A stretch of 42,316 bases of DNA from contig JNEM01008940.1 of assembly GCA_000697335.1 (NCBI GenBank), positions 1-42,316 on the forward strand, in the 5' to 3' direction. The notes under the pieces were generated by a model. It saw only the letters and a program-made list of their open reading frames with translations, made no database searches and was not told the DNA's origin. This document shows, in pieces, positions 22,900-36,399 of this stretch (its first letter is position 1; each line of letters starts with the position of its first letter). A program made the translations under genes and the position numbers. The stretch is from Conidiobolus incongruus B7586 (taxonomy: Eukaryota).

Positions 22900-25800
22900 A
22901 AGCTGAGTTGATTAGTAATAAACCATACAAGATGTTCTTTAACAATTCATTATCCAATGTTTAAATGATTAAAACACTTTTCTCTAGAAAGTTCTCAATA
23001 CTCATAGAAATTAATATATTATATATTTAAATTAGTTTATAATATTTTTTATCAGTATTTATTCTCATAAAATATGTTTAAAAATTTTATAACATATCGA
23101 TTTCACCAATATATATCAAATCCAGTGAAAATTTAATCTATTAAATTGCGTAATCTTGGTCCTTTTTAATGTCAGATATTCGATTAGTATTTTAAAAAAT
23201 TACTCAATTTCACTGATTATATTATGACTCTATTATTTTTATTCTACAAGAATATAAAAACCCAATCCAAGTTTCTCTGGTATATAATTATAAATCCTAT
23301 TAATTCATTATTTTAATTGATTCTATTTATTTAAATATAAAATTTTAATATTATTAAAATAATATCATTGATATTTGAAATAAATATAAAAAATTACATA
23401 AAAATAACTTTTAAATAACTAGAGTGGAATCTATAATTTTCAAGATTACAAAAATTCGAATATTATTATAGCAAAATATTTTAAATATTAAACAATATAT
23501 AATCAATAAATCTGATGAACGGAAGCCATTTAATTAAAATATAAAGTTCAAAATTTAGGTATATTAAATATGAAAGTAGTTATAATAATTATTTAATTCA
23601 ATAATAACCCTTTATTCTTAATTTGAATAAATTGTTTCTATTTAAATAGTTAAAAATATCAATAACTTATTAATATCCCATATATAATTATTCAGTTAAT
23701 AATTTATTATTTTGAGATTGTGTTAAGGCATTGATAATTTATATTAATGTGATTAAGATTACAAAATGTGATGGTTCTTATTGATTTGTACTCTGTCTTT
23801 TATACTTATAAAATATTGAGATGAGATGAATTAGCGAGCATATTCATTCATCGGAAAATGCTAGCTCAATTATATTCTCAGAAAAGGTAAGTTTACTAAG
23901 TGTAATATGATTTTAAACAATCAAAATGGAATCTCAGCAAGTCGTTATACAATAATTTACAATATATAGTATCTTATATAGTAATATCCAAAGGTTTTGA
24001 TATTTGTAAATTCTTTGGTAAAAAATAATTATATAAAGTTAATATACTTATTGGTGTTGATAATAATATCAACAATATCATATTTTTGATAACTTTACTA
24101 ACGTTGATATTTATTAGTATTGATTTGAAAATAAGTATTCTAAAATTCAATATAAATATATAGTCATATAATTTAATAATTATATTTCATATTTTGTCAT
24201 TGATATTGAATTAAATTTTTATGTAATTTTGAATTTCTCAACAATTTGTCAAATGAATGATTTAATTAATATAGCGCAATAGAAAATATTGAATAAGTAA
24301 GGTAATATTTATATTAAGAGATTAATAATATTCAATTTCATATATTAAAAAATCCTTTGAACAGATAGTGAATTCTAATCAATATGACATTAACCATTAT
24401 ATTATTATTATGAAAAACTATTATTTATTACTATTTCATATAAATTCCTTTTTATAATTCTGAAATTTAATAAAGAATTTGAAATCAGAGTAACTCAATA
24501 TTTCTGATACATAGTATTTTGATTACTAATTATTAAAATAGCATCTAAATATAAATATGCTTAATTTTCTTATTATTTAAATAATATCTCTATATCAATT
24601 TTTGAGATCAATACTTATAAATGTTAGAATATAATTGTAATTTTTATTAAAATTATAATCAATTTAAATTTTTATACAACTATATCATTCATATATATAT
24701 ATTCAAAATATAACACTAATATAATTGGTTGATGAAGTAATCCATAATGTTGACTATATTTGAAGTTAAATAATGAATATATTTATATGATGATTAAGTA
24801 ATATTATAATGAGTAACTTTAAAATTAGAAGATAATATATTAATCAGGGAAAAAAGCCAGGTTATTCAAATTGTCACAAATAGATTTTGTCTTAGGACAA
24901 AAGGTGTAAAGTTATTTAAAACTTATTAGTATTGTGGTCAAACTATACTTGAATTTGGCAAGACAAAGCTAAATATAATCATATAAGAAAAATGAATCCA
25001 ATTTATTTTGATATTAAGGTGATAACTTAGGATTATTGTCGAGTAATTCTGTTTGCTTATTATTTATTTACTGATTTTTTTCAAATTATTAGTCCAATTC
25101 TTTTACTCTTTTATATTCTTTAGATGTAATTCTGATTTCTATCATATTTACTTATATTGTCACTTGTATTCACTAAAATGTCAATTGATAAAATGTATTT
25201 AATTTATACCGGATAACAGACCATAATATTGATAAATTTTTATTCGTTATATCACCAATTGGTGTGATAGGTGAAAAGTATGAGTTTTAAAAATCACATA
25301 ACTTGTGTATTAATCCTCAGAACAAACAAAGATATTTTTATCACATTGTAGTGACTAAGAATTTATAATTAATATAATCTTATTATGAGAATTTTTGGTA
25401 ACTATAAACATTTAAATATTAAAAAATAAATTCGTGGGTATAATACAAACATTAATTGATATAAGATATTTTTAACCTTACCAAAAATTACTATTATTAT
25501 TGAGATAAAAATAACTGCAAAAATCATTATAAATGAAATAAAACGCAATATAAAGTGGGTTTAATAATTCAAATTGATTTTGAAGTATTATATTAAAACA
25601 CATGTCTTTTAAAATTCTTTCTTTCGATCAAAATTTTTTAACTTTAAAATTTTTCCAAATATTAAAAAACGAATATTAACACAAATAGAAACAAATCTAT
25701 TCTATATGATCTAATCTTTATTAATAACCTTTCAGTAACTAAAAATAATAGGAATACAATTAATACAATAGAAATTAATATTTTCTGATAAAGTTTAACA

Positions 25801-27140
25801 TTGTGAGGGGCTTTTAAGGGTTTTGACGTCCGAAATAACCCGATACTTCAAACTATTGATTAATTTCTATTGACGTAGTTAAACTTTTTATTATTTCTTT
25901 GAAACTAGTTATAGATTTGATTTTGGTAATTTATTGAATAGGGAATAAATGTCAATTTATTTAAATTTATTAATATAGAAATACAAAAAATATTTTATTA
26001 TTATATTCATATTTTTTTAGTATGTAATATATTGTTAAATTTAATGTAACTATTCAATTAATAAATTTTATTAAAAAATATTTATATATTTTAATATTTA
26101 AATTTATAAAATGTTTGAAATGAAATTATTTGCAGGATATTATATGTTACTTAAATTTTAAAAATATAGGAAAATTAAAAATTATACTCAACAATAAAAA
26201 ACCAATAAATCAATCTAATGATGCACTAATATTTTATAGTGTAATTGAGCGAAGTTCATAATAAGAAAAAAATCTCTAAGTTGTCTGAATTATTGAAAAT
26301 TTGAATTAAGGTGAGAAAATAAGTTTAATACCAATTTATGATGAAGTTACCAGTTTTTATCCAGTAAAAAATCTTAATTCTATATTTAGATTCTTTTTCA
26401 ATTTAAATTGTTGTGGTTTTAGAGTGATGAAATCATGGATATTATTAGTTCTGAGTAACTGAATATTTATTCAATAAAACAAGTATAATTTTAAAAGATT
26501 TTATATTTGATTAAAGATTTGGAATAAATTAATACTTGGCGATGACTGATATTTTATTAAATTATTTTAATCTATGTTTTATTAATATAAAATATACATC
26601 CGATTGTTTGATGATGATATATATTAGTGGATGTTTTGAATATTATGATATATGATGGGCGATAATTGAAATTGAAAGACGGATCGATTGAATTGAAATA
26701 AACCAGTAATTAAATTATCTTTATCGTACAACATAAATGAATGAAATCACTCCTATTCAGCGAAATGAAAGAAATGCAACCTGACTTTTAGCGTTATTTA
26801 AATATTCCAAGGATAATTTTGAAAAGATAAAACAATTAGTGTTGGTTCATATCTATTTACTGCCTAATCAGGACATTGTGAGATGGACTAAAAATAGGAA
26901 CTAATTTTGTAATCATGTAATAATGTGAGTCGTCATTGGTGGGAACTTTTGAGAGACTGCCAATATTCACTCTTAAATGCGCTATATCCAATCAACCATA
27001 AATTTTTGCCCCACAATTATATTCCCAAAAAATTATATGGTTTAAATAGCGTCCAATTCCCTTACTCCAAGTGAAATACTTGAATTAATTATCACTTTAA
27101 GTGACATCTTGTAATTTACTAATTTACTGACCTAATCATT

Positions 27141-28601
27141 ATGACAATTAGCGAACAACAGTTACGTCAGTTATACACTGAAGCTGGCCAAGAGCATGTA
27201 TTCACTTTCTTTGACTCTCTCAATCCTCAAGAGCAAGATGCTTTTTTGAATCAGTTAAGTACTATTGAACCTATGCATGTCAATCATTTATATCAAAAAG
27301 CTATTACTGGACACAAGGTTGAGAACCAACATATTGAGCCTCTTCATGAAGACACATACGACTCTGTTTTAGATGCTTCCAGTGAAAAGTTATTAGAATG
27401 GGAGAATAAAGGTTTTGAGCTTATCGCCAACAACCAGGTTGCTGTTCTTTTGCTTGCCGGTGGTCAAGGTACCAGGCTTGGTTCTAACGACCCCAAGGGT
27501 TGCTACGATATTGGTTTGCCCTCTAAGAAGAGTCTTTTCCAGATCCAAGCTGAACGTATTCTTAGACTTCAAATTCTCTCTCAGCAACGTGCCAATATTT
27601 CTACTCCTGTCACTATCCCATGGTACATTATGACTTCTGGACCTACTCGCGCTGCTACTGAAGCCTTCTTTGAAAAGATGAATTACTTTGGCCTAGACAA
27701 GGCTAACGTCTTCTTTTTCGACCAAGGTGTCCTTCCCTGTTTGACCAATGATGGTAAGATTTTGCTTGAAGAAAAAGGTAAAGTTGCTGTCGCCCCAGAT
27801 GGTAATGGTGGTGTCTATCCTGCCCTTCGTAAGCAAGGTGCCTTAGCTGATATGGCTAAACGTAACATCAAATACATCCACGCCTACTGTGTTGACAACT
27901 GTCTCGTCAAGGTTGCTGACCCTGTCTTCATTGGATACTGTGTTAGTAAGAAAGCTGACTGTGGTGCTAAAGTTGTTCCCAAAGCCTACCCTACTGAGTC
28001 TGTTGGTGTTATCTGTCTCAAGAACTCTCGTGTTAACGTTGTTGAATACAGTGAAATGACTGAAGAAATGAACCACCGCACTCGTCCTGATGGCAGACTC
28101 GTTTTCGATGCTGCTAATATTGTCAATCACTTCTACACTCTTGATTTCCTCAACAGAATGGAAGAAGTTGAAAAGAACCTCGAATATCATATTGCCAGAA
28201 AGAAGATTAAGCACACAGATCTCCAAACCGGTGAGCAGGTCGCTCCTACCTCACCCAACGGCATGAAACTTGAAGCTTTCGTCTTCGACGTCTTCCCTTT
28301 CGCTGAACATATGGTTGTCCTTCAAGTACAACGTGCTGAAGAGTTCTCTCCTCTTAAGAACGCTCCTGGATCTAAGACTGACTGTCCCGAAACTAGTCGT
28401 CGTGATATCATTGCTCAACACATTCGTTTTATCAAGGCTGCTGGCGGTAACGTCAACGTTGATGAATCCAACTTGGACTCCGTTCAATTAGAACTTTCTC
28501 CTCTTGTAACTTATGGCGGTGAAGGTTTAGAAGCCCTCGCTGGTAAGACAATCGATCCCATTCACATTGACAGCATTGAAACGCTTAGAACTTTTGTTTA
28601 A
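27141..28601 (+). CDS. UAP1: UDP-N-acetylglucosamine pyrophosphorylase
   Basis: Motifs LLAGGQGTRLG...PKG, PWYIMTS, APDGNGG, VDNCLVKVADP, VVEYSE, KLEAFVFDVF and EFSPLKN; 486 aa, intronless, strong codon bias. Confidence 0.97.
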   Translation: MTISEQQLRQLYTEAGQEHVFTFFDSLNPQEQDAFLNQLSTIEPMHVNHLYQKAITGHKVENQHIEPLHEDTYDSVLDASSEKLLEWENKGFELIANNQVAVLLLAGGQGTRLGSNDPKGCYDIGLPSKKSLFQIQAERILRLQILSQQRANISTPVTIPWYIMTSGPTRAATEAFFEKMNYFGLDKANVFFFDQGVLPCLTNDGKILLEEKGKVAVAPDGNGGVYPALRKQGALADMAKRNIKYIHAYCVDNCLVKVADPVFIGYCVSKKADCGAKVVPKAYPTESVGVICLKNSRVNVVEYSEMTEEMNHRTRPDGRLVFDAANIVNHFYTLDFLNRMEEVEKNLEYHIARKKIKHTDLQTGEQVAPTSPNGMKLEAFVFDVFPFAEHMVVLQVQRAEEFSPLKNAPGSKTDCPETSRRDIIAQHIRFIKAAGGNVNVDESNLDSVQLELSPLVTYGGEGLEALAGKTIDPIHIDSIETLRTFV

Positions 28602-31128
28602 TCCAATTATTTTTTTCATTTTAAATGTTTAAACCACTAGCTCTCCTCTCCTTTAAATACTATTCCAACATCAAGCTAAAGGGAATAGAAAAATGCTACA
28701 CTACTCACTAATACCCATCATCATAAATAGTATTAATATTTGTAATATCATTAGATAATAATTAATATATTGTATATTAATTTCATTATCTTTCCAATTA
28801 ATAAAATTTTGAAATATTAAAATATTAATTATTAATTTGATTCAAAGTATTATGTTATCTTCTCAAGTTATCATTTTGATTTTTGAGTTTCTCTTCCATT
28901 GAGTATATTATCTATCACTCAATATTTTTTAATCAAAATTTTAATTGCTATTTATAATGTAATAATATTTTATTTGGTTAAAATATCTAGACCAATACAG
29001 CTTTTTTATCATAAAATTTTGCTTAAAGCGAATATTATATCTAGTTTTCTAAAAAATATTAAGATGAGTTGAGAGTCAATAATCATACTTGATACTTCAA
29101 CCTCACTCAATCAGAAAATTTTATATTCAAATATTAGTTTTTCAATTTTAGAGATTCGAAAATAATTCCTTAATGAAAATATGAATTAATTATATAAAAT
29201 GTAAGATGTTGAATAATAGTAGTTATTATCAATATGATTAATTTCGATTAAATGCCAAGATTACAAAATTCTCTCTTTAATTTTTAATTAATATATTTAA
29301 CACATTATACAGGCTATCATATTTAATTAGACCTTAATTTTTTTTCAACTTAACAAATATTCAGACAATATTGCAAACAAATTGAATTTATTATTATATT
29401 CCTTTTTGGATATAACAAACTCTGATTCTGATAGATTTTGATTTTTCAATATAATTACCATATTTGTATGTGTGAAATATCAATATTTTATATTATCATA
29501 TTAAATCAATTATTCATTACACATGTATTTGACTGATTTTGAAAGTAAATTAAATTTTTTCTTATATGATGGTGAGACCTGAAAATATCAACCAAAACTA
29601 AATAATATTTAACATGGTAATCATCATTTTTAATGTCAACATAATCACAATTAAAGCTATTCCATTAATTTTATATTATATAGTAGATCGATTATATTTT
29701 GTCAATTACCAATTAGTTGGAGGAAAAGCAAATGGATTTGTGGCAAAAATATTGGGAAAGTATTAGGCATTTAATCTTATTTCATCTCATCATTATTTTT
29801 ATTTATTCAGCACGTTATTTCATAATGAGCATTTTCTCATTATCAATACACAGAAATTCTTCAAATCTTGATTAATTTTCGAATATTGCTTTTAATTCAT
29901 AACTACTGTGTTTTTAGTCTGAAATAAAAATATTAGAAAAATCAATGTTCACAATTTCTCTTTAGTTGATTTTAAAAATTTAAAAATATTATAATTCTTA
30001 TTTTAAATAATAAAAACTTAATATTATCAGAAAATTTAGCTATTTTATTATTGATTAGTAATATTACAATAATTCTCAATCAAAAATTTTTAAATAAAAA
30101 TAATTGATAATTCGAGCTTAATCATAATGTTTAGATTGGTCATCATCATAATTAACTGTCATTTTCCCCTCAAACGGTTGATATTTGTTATTTAATAACT
30201 TTAATATTAACAGCTTTAACTCGATATATTGTAATAATATTTTTAATTAATAATATATTGTTCATGCACCAATACAAATGCTAACAACAGTATGATATTA
30301 TTATGATTTTTTAATATTCAAAATTACTTTATCAAATAATAAAAAATGATATTTGCTGGAATTGTCAAAAATTTCAAAGCAGCAAAATCTAAATTACGAA
30401 AACTGAAAACCAAGGACTTAGCTTGATTTTATCCAATAAAATGTTTAATATTAAATCAAGAATGGGAGAAAGCGTAAGTTATCATTCCAAATACTTGGAA
30501 TCACAACTATATATCAAATTAATTTATATAAATATTTGTACAGGATTATAGAATAATTTTAAACATCAATCAAAATTAAAAACTGATTAATAAAATATTA
30601 AATATAACTATATATTAATTGATACTTTATAATAAATATATATTTTATTTAATTTTTATTTAAAATATTATGATATTATCAACCAATTTTGAAAGCACAA
30701 TTGATATTATGAATCACTGAACTGGGGTACTTTTGTTAGTAAAATTGATGATGAATTTGATTGATAAGATAATCTGATATTGATTTTAAAAAGTAATTCA
30801 CAATATGAATAATATTAATTGATTAAATCAATATTATGTAATTTATAATTTAAATATTTTAAAATAACGAATTGATATTTTTGAAGCATAATTTTAACAG
30901 AATAGTTGATGTATCTTTGATGCCTTGAAATTGAATTAAAAAAAATACTTGTTGATTGAAATGCAAAAGCAAAAACATTCTAACCATTTAATAAATAATA
31001 AAAATATCTAGACAAGAAATTGATTAAAATAAATTTGAAATATATCTAAAGCTTGTGAATTGAAAAATATTTTATATTTCTTTTATAATTAAAAAATTGA
31101 TTTGATGAATTTTTAATAAAATTGATAA

Positions 31129-31386
31129 TTATTCAGATTCTTCAGTAGCAACTTTTTTACCGTGAATAGCAGGGAATTTGAGATAAGATTGATTGTGACG
31201 TCTACCACTTAAATCGTAGAGGTTATCAAATTTACCGCAAACCCAGAAAATACCAGCAGGAATGAGACCAACCCACAATAAAGCGATACCGATGGTCTTG
31301 GGGGTCCAACGAGCTGCTAAATGCATATTTTCACGAGCAGCATTCCATCTTTCAATAGCAGGAACTGGCTTCCAAATTTCACCCAT
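31129..31386 (-). CDS. NDUFB4: Mitochondrial complex I accessory subunit B15 (NDUFB4/NB5M)-like
   Basis: PAIERWNAARENMHLAARWTPKT followed by one TM helix ending in IP; 85 aa, biased codon usage. Confidence 0.82.
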   Translation of the reverse strand: MGEIWKPVPAIERWNAARENMHLAARWTPKTIGIALLWVGLIPAGIFWVCGKFDNLYDLSGRRHNQSYLKFPAIHGKKVATEESE

Positions 31387-31843
31387 TTTTAAATTATTTG
31401 TTATTATTGATAATTTTATTTTATTAACAGAGATAATTTGATTAATTTAGAATGTGGAATCAAATAAATTTAAATTAAATGTATATTAATTGAAATTATG
31501 GGACTCATTATATTTCATTTTATTAATACTATTATTAAAAAAGTTACTTGTTATTAGATCATATGTTATAAATTAACTGAAAAAGGTCAGATAAATCATG
31601 AATTTTTGGTTATTTTAAGGATCTAATAATTAATAAAATATATGCTGGTCAGTTTTCGTATCCAATGAAAACGAATAATAGGACAAAGATAATTGTAATA
31701 GAATAAATGATTTGATCGATAACCCAATTTTAATATAGTTAGTGTTTGGGTAACATTAGTACTGTTCGGGTCATTTAAATACACCATACACTTTAACTTT
31801 GGAACTTTGTTTTAAAGAATATTAATTAAACATTAATAATAAT

Positions 31844-32864
31844 ATGATAAACAAATATTTTGAGAGTTTGGTAATTAATTTTAGTGCTCCTATGTCTTTT
31901 GAAAAAGACCTGAGTTTGTTGGCTGATGCAACGGATGGCATTTGGTTCATTGACCCCATTCACCACTTTTATCAACTTGTACTTTATACCCTATTTAATT
32001 CAGTATTATTTTGGTATTGTTCAAAGAGAGTTTTCAAAAATAAGTAAGATATACTTTCACTTTTGATGAGTATAAATGAAATTTAATGATTATTTTAGGG
32101 CATTTTTATCTTTAGTAAATAATCAGTCAAAATCGAGAAAGAACTTTATGGAAATTATTGTTACGCTAGTTACATTATTCTCTTATTGCCTACTATTTTA
32201 TCATAAAACAATTAGGAATAAGACGATTAATATGCTTCAAATGTGCCATTTTAATATGCTACTATTGCTGGTTACCTTATTATCCCCAAAGAAGTTTTTT
32301 GTAACTCATTTATTATTTAATTTATATTTATTCTATATATTCGGAACGTAAGCAATATTGTACATTTAATTAAAAATGGTATTAATATCATTTTTAGTAT
32401 ACTGGCTCTGTTATTCCCTGATTTGAGAGGTTTTAGCTATTTCTTTGAATATGAGAATTTCTTCCTTGGTAATTTAGTTTAATATTATGCTTTTTTTTGT
32501 TGTATATTAATATATGTATATAGAACACTATATATTATTAATCGTACCATTTGTTATGATTTATACAAGAAGATATATCGTTTTCCCTCTCTCTTGGTCA
32601 TTACTCGGATTGGCCTTCTCGGTCAAGGCTTTACTTATCATCTGCTTCTCAACAATAATCGGGCTTAGATTAGGAATCAATGTGAACTATAGTTTATGTC
32701 CTCCTCCAGGTTATTTAGAGTCATTTGGAAATTATTATAGAATATTTATGACAATGATATTTTTGGTACTAATGTTATTCAGTAGATTATTTTTAATTAA
32801 TTTATTCAATATTACTGTTGTTTTAATTAACAATATTAATAGAGTAAAATCAAAATTAGAATAA
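31844..32864 (+). CDS. TMEM164-family multipass membrane protein, paralog A (~286 aa); exons 31844-32043, 32099-32347, 32398-32468, 32524-32864
   Basis: Three GT-AG introns give one frame with MLQMCHF, FGTILALLFPDLRG, FFLEHYILLIVPF and INVNYSLCPPPG, matching TMEM164 motifs (PCH, A-FP, QH---VP, VNLN--LCP). Confidence 0.85.
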
Positions 32865-34230
32865 AAACAAAATATCAACCCATAATTTTATTGTTACACA
32901 AATGTATATTATTTTTATTATATAACCACAACTTGTTATTTTTTGGAACATTGAGCTCATTACCCAGGATTTCTAATTGATACCTTCTACGGATTTTATC
33001 AATATGCTTTTATTCCGTTAAATGAGTTTAGAGTAAACAGCGGCACTATAATACTTACCTACTTGTAGGTACGGTGCTGATTTCAAAAACAACTTGATAT
33101 ATTGATTCTCTCTAGATATTGAGTTGTGCCCGGAATCGAAATTCTTTTAAACATAAAATAATAATATTAAAATTAGATTACATTATATAAAAATTATTTT
33201 AATATTTCAACATTTATTTGAGATTAATGTGATATATTTTTTTAAAATAATTTTCAATATCTCTATGTCGTATAGGTCATAGTTAAAATGAAAATTCAGA
33301 GTTTTTCTTTTATATTATGAATTAAGTTATTTTAATTCACAGAGCTCAGAATTTAATTATTATTTATCTTTCATATCATTTCAACATAATGATATATTGA
33401 TCTCTATATTACTAGTGTAATAAAATTAAGTTTGATCAATAACCCAGATATCAATCTTTTTAAATTATTTAAAAACTCTAGGTTATGATACCAATCAAAG
33501 TGAAAGTTATGCTAGCTTTCAGATAGAAATATTGGTATTATTTCAAGTGATATAGCTCAAATTTTTCTAGTAAACCCTTGACTAATAATCATATAATATT
33601 TGACATTCTCATTTAACTGATACATTCATTCTCAAATGTATTCATTAAAAATATATTAAATATATCTATTAATTTAAAATTGGCAAATTGATAAATATAT
33701 AATATTGTTTTTTGCTATATTTAACTTTAATTTTTTTCTAATTAAAATATATCTGTTACAGGGAAAAATAATTATTTCTAGATACACTTCGATAATTCAG
33801 AAAAAGCTGTTTATTGTATTCAAGTCTATTCTAAAAATTTCTAAGATTTATAACATTGTGAAAAATTTGTAACTATTTTGTTGATTATTTAAATAATTAA
33901 GTTGGGTTTAATGATATATTGTATTTAATAAATATTGATAATGACTTTATTTATAATATTGAAACAAAAGCTTATATTTTATTTATGTTCTTTAAAACTA
34001 AGTAAACTTGAAAATTGAAATGGTATAGATTTAAAATTAATAGAATATATTTGAAGAAAACACTTATTATATAAGGAAGTGTCATAAAGCAGGTTGTATA
34101 ACTTGAAATGACACTTAATCCAAAGTTAATGATAAATGATTTAAAATTATCAAATATAAGAGAGTAACAAATTCTTAGGTTATAAGTCAAGAATTACCTA
34201 ATTATTCAGATATGTTATTTTATAATTAAC

Positions 34231-35283
34231 ATGATAAATTTCATCAAAAACCATTTTGAGATATTTCCATTAAATTTCAGCTCAGGTATGTCGTTTCATT
34301 AGTCGATTTCTCTCAAGATTGATGGCACTTAGGGCATCTAGTATATTCCTCGAGCTTATCATGCTATGGAACTATTTTCAGTAATCTTGTTATAAAATTA
34401 TTTATCTTTTGCAGTTTCAAAGGGTATATTATCAGCAAAGTATATTAATTTTTTTATATATGAATAATATCATATAGTAATATATTTTAGTAGTTGATAT
34501 TTCAAACAAACCAGAAAATATCATAAATTAATCAAAGCTCCCAGGATATTAGAGAAATTTAACCCTTTAAGTGCAAATATTTCCATTTAATTTATTTTTG
34601 GACAAATATCAATGGTATCAAATGAGTTATATCATTCAATTTTGCCATTTTCATTTGGGACTATTATTATTACTTGTATCTGTCCAAAAAGTCATATTTT
34701 GTCCATTTGGTTTTTAATTTTAATTTGTAAATATTTTATGAAATGTAAGAAAATCTGATTATTCATTATTTTATGGTTAATATTAAGTATTGATATTCAG
34801 GGATATGGCTTTACTTTTATCTGATACCAGAGGGATCTGATTATTTTTCAAGGTTGGAAACTTTTATTTAAATTGATGCTCTATAATAAATTTGAAAAGA
34901 AAAAACTATAGAGCATTATATATTACTACTGGTAACATTATCATGATATTCAGTGGAAGATATTTAATTTGGAGGCTTAATTTACCCACCTTACTCCTAG
35001 CAAGCTATACCAAGTACTTATTAGTATATATATATATATATATATTCAACCATAGCAGCACTTAGATTAGAGGCCAATTTAAACTACACGCTACCACACC
35101 ACTTGGAATACTCGATATAACTGGATCTTATTTTAACCTGGTATTCATGTTCTAATAATTATTTTAATGTTAATCAGCAAATTTATCATTATTCAATCCG
35201 GTTGTCTGTTTATTGAATTCGTTTTAAAATTATTTGAGAATTTATTCGTTAAAAACAAAGTCTAACTCGAAAAATCTGATTAG
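34231..35283 (+). pseudogene. TMEM164-family pseudogene, paralog B
   Basis: MINFIKNHFEIFPLNFSSGMSFH*SISLKIDGT*GI*YIP aligns to exon 1 of paralog C. Remnants of QFCHF, DTRG, EHYILL and FSGRYLIWR follow in order, with multiple stops and frameshifts and a (TA)n tract in the last exon. The 3' end is approximate. Confidence 0.88.
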
Positions 35284-36399
35284 AACAATAAAAATATTAT
35301 TCTATACTGTATTATTATTCTTGATATTCAATAACATATACTATAAATTATCTAATGAAAAATTAAATGTCCATGATATTGGGTTGGCATTGTTGATGTT
35401 CAATCATTTAATGCTATCTGCTTTTTAAACCTGACACATTTATAATTCATCTTTGATATAACCATTCAAAATTATTCATAATATTGCTCTAGAAATGAAA
35501 TAATGACATAATTTTAAAATCAAATTTAAATATAAATTCTAATATGAAATAAATAAGAAAAATAAATATATTAGATAAAATTAATACTCTCTTTTATTAT
35601 TAATAACTTTTTTCTATACTTTTAACTAGTTTTTAGCACCTAAAAAATAATTTTTAAAAAATTAAAATTTATTATTTTATAAACTAATAAAAATATATGC
35701 AAAATTTTTTATGAATATAATTTATAGTCATCTAAAGCATATACTATTACTTAAGTTGTAATCTAATATATATCAGATATAATAGCTTTTTTAATTTATT
35801 TTATTTATAAGATTTTTTTATAAGTTTAGATTTATGTACTATATAATTAACATGCAAAATAATAGGTAGTCTTAAATTTAAATAAGAATAATATTTAAAA
35901 ATTATTTTAATTAAAAAATATAAAAGTTATAATTAATTGATTTTTCTTTAAAAACTAAATAAAAATGATATATATTATTATAATATATTATATTAATTAA
36001 TATTTGCTTATAAAAAATATATATTCTTTAGAGTTTATAAAAAGGATAATTTGATATTAATTGAATATTCTTTTTTATTTTTTAATAAATTAATATATAA
36101 AATAGAATAATATAATATAAAAGTTTATATCTATTTTTATATATTAATGAGTATTATATAGCTATAGAATTTTTAATTTTCTTTTAAATAAAAAGTGTTA
36201 ATTTAATATTTTTATTAGTTAAGCTAAGTTTAAACTATAATATATATATAATATATTTAAATAATAAATATTAAATTATTTTATTTATATTTAAATTAAA
36301 ATTAATATTAAAATATACTTATATAATAAATTTATTAATTTTATCAACCACCAAAAGAGTAATAATAAAAATTAGTTTTTATTAAGTTTCTACCTATTA

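Larger units (their letters stand above)
22197..22917 (-). repeat. Inverted segmental duplication, copy 2 (partner 1656-2375)
   Basis: Reverse complement is nearly identical to 1656-2375. Confidence 0.95.

Noticed and set aside
33051..33060. ATACTTACCT, matching the 5' end of U1 snRNA
   Set aside because: No U1-70K loop (GAUCACGAAG), U1A loop (AUUGCAC) or Sm site downstream.
33070..33145. Possible tRNA from the TTCGATTCC motif on the minus strand
   Set aside because: It lacks the G before TTCG, an A box and a cloverleaf with an acceptor stem.
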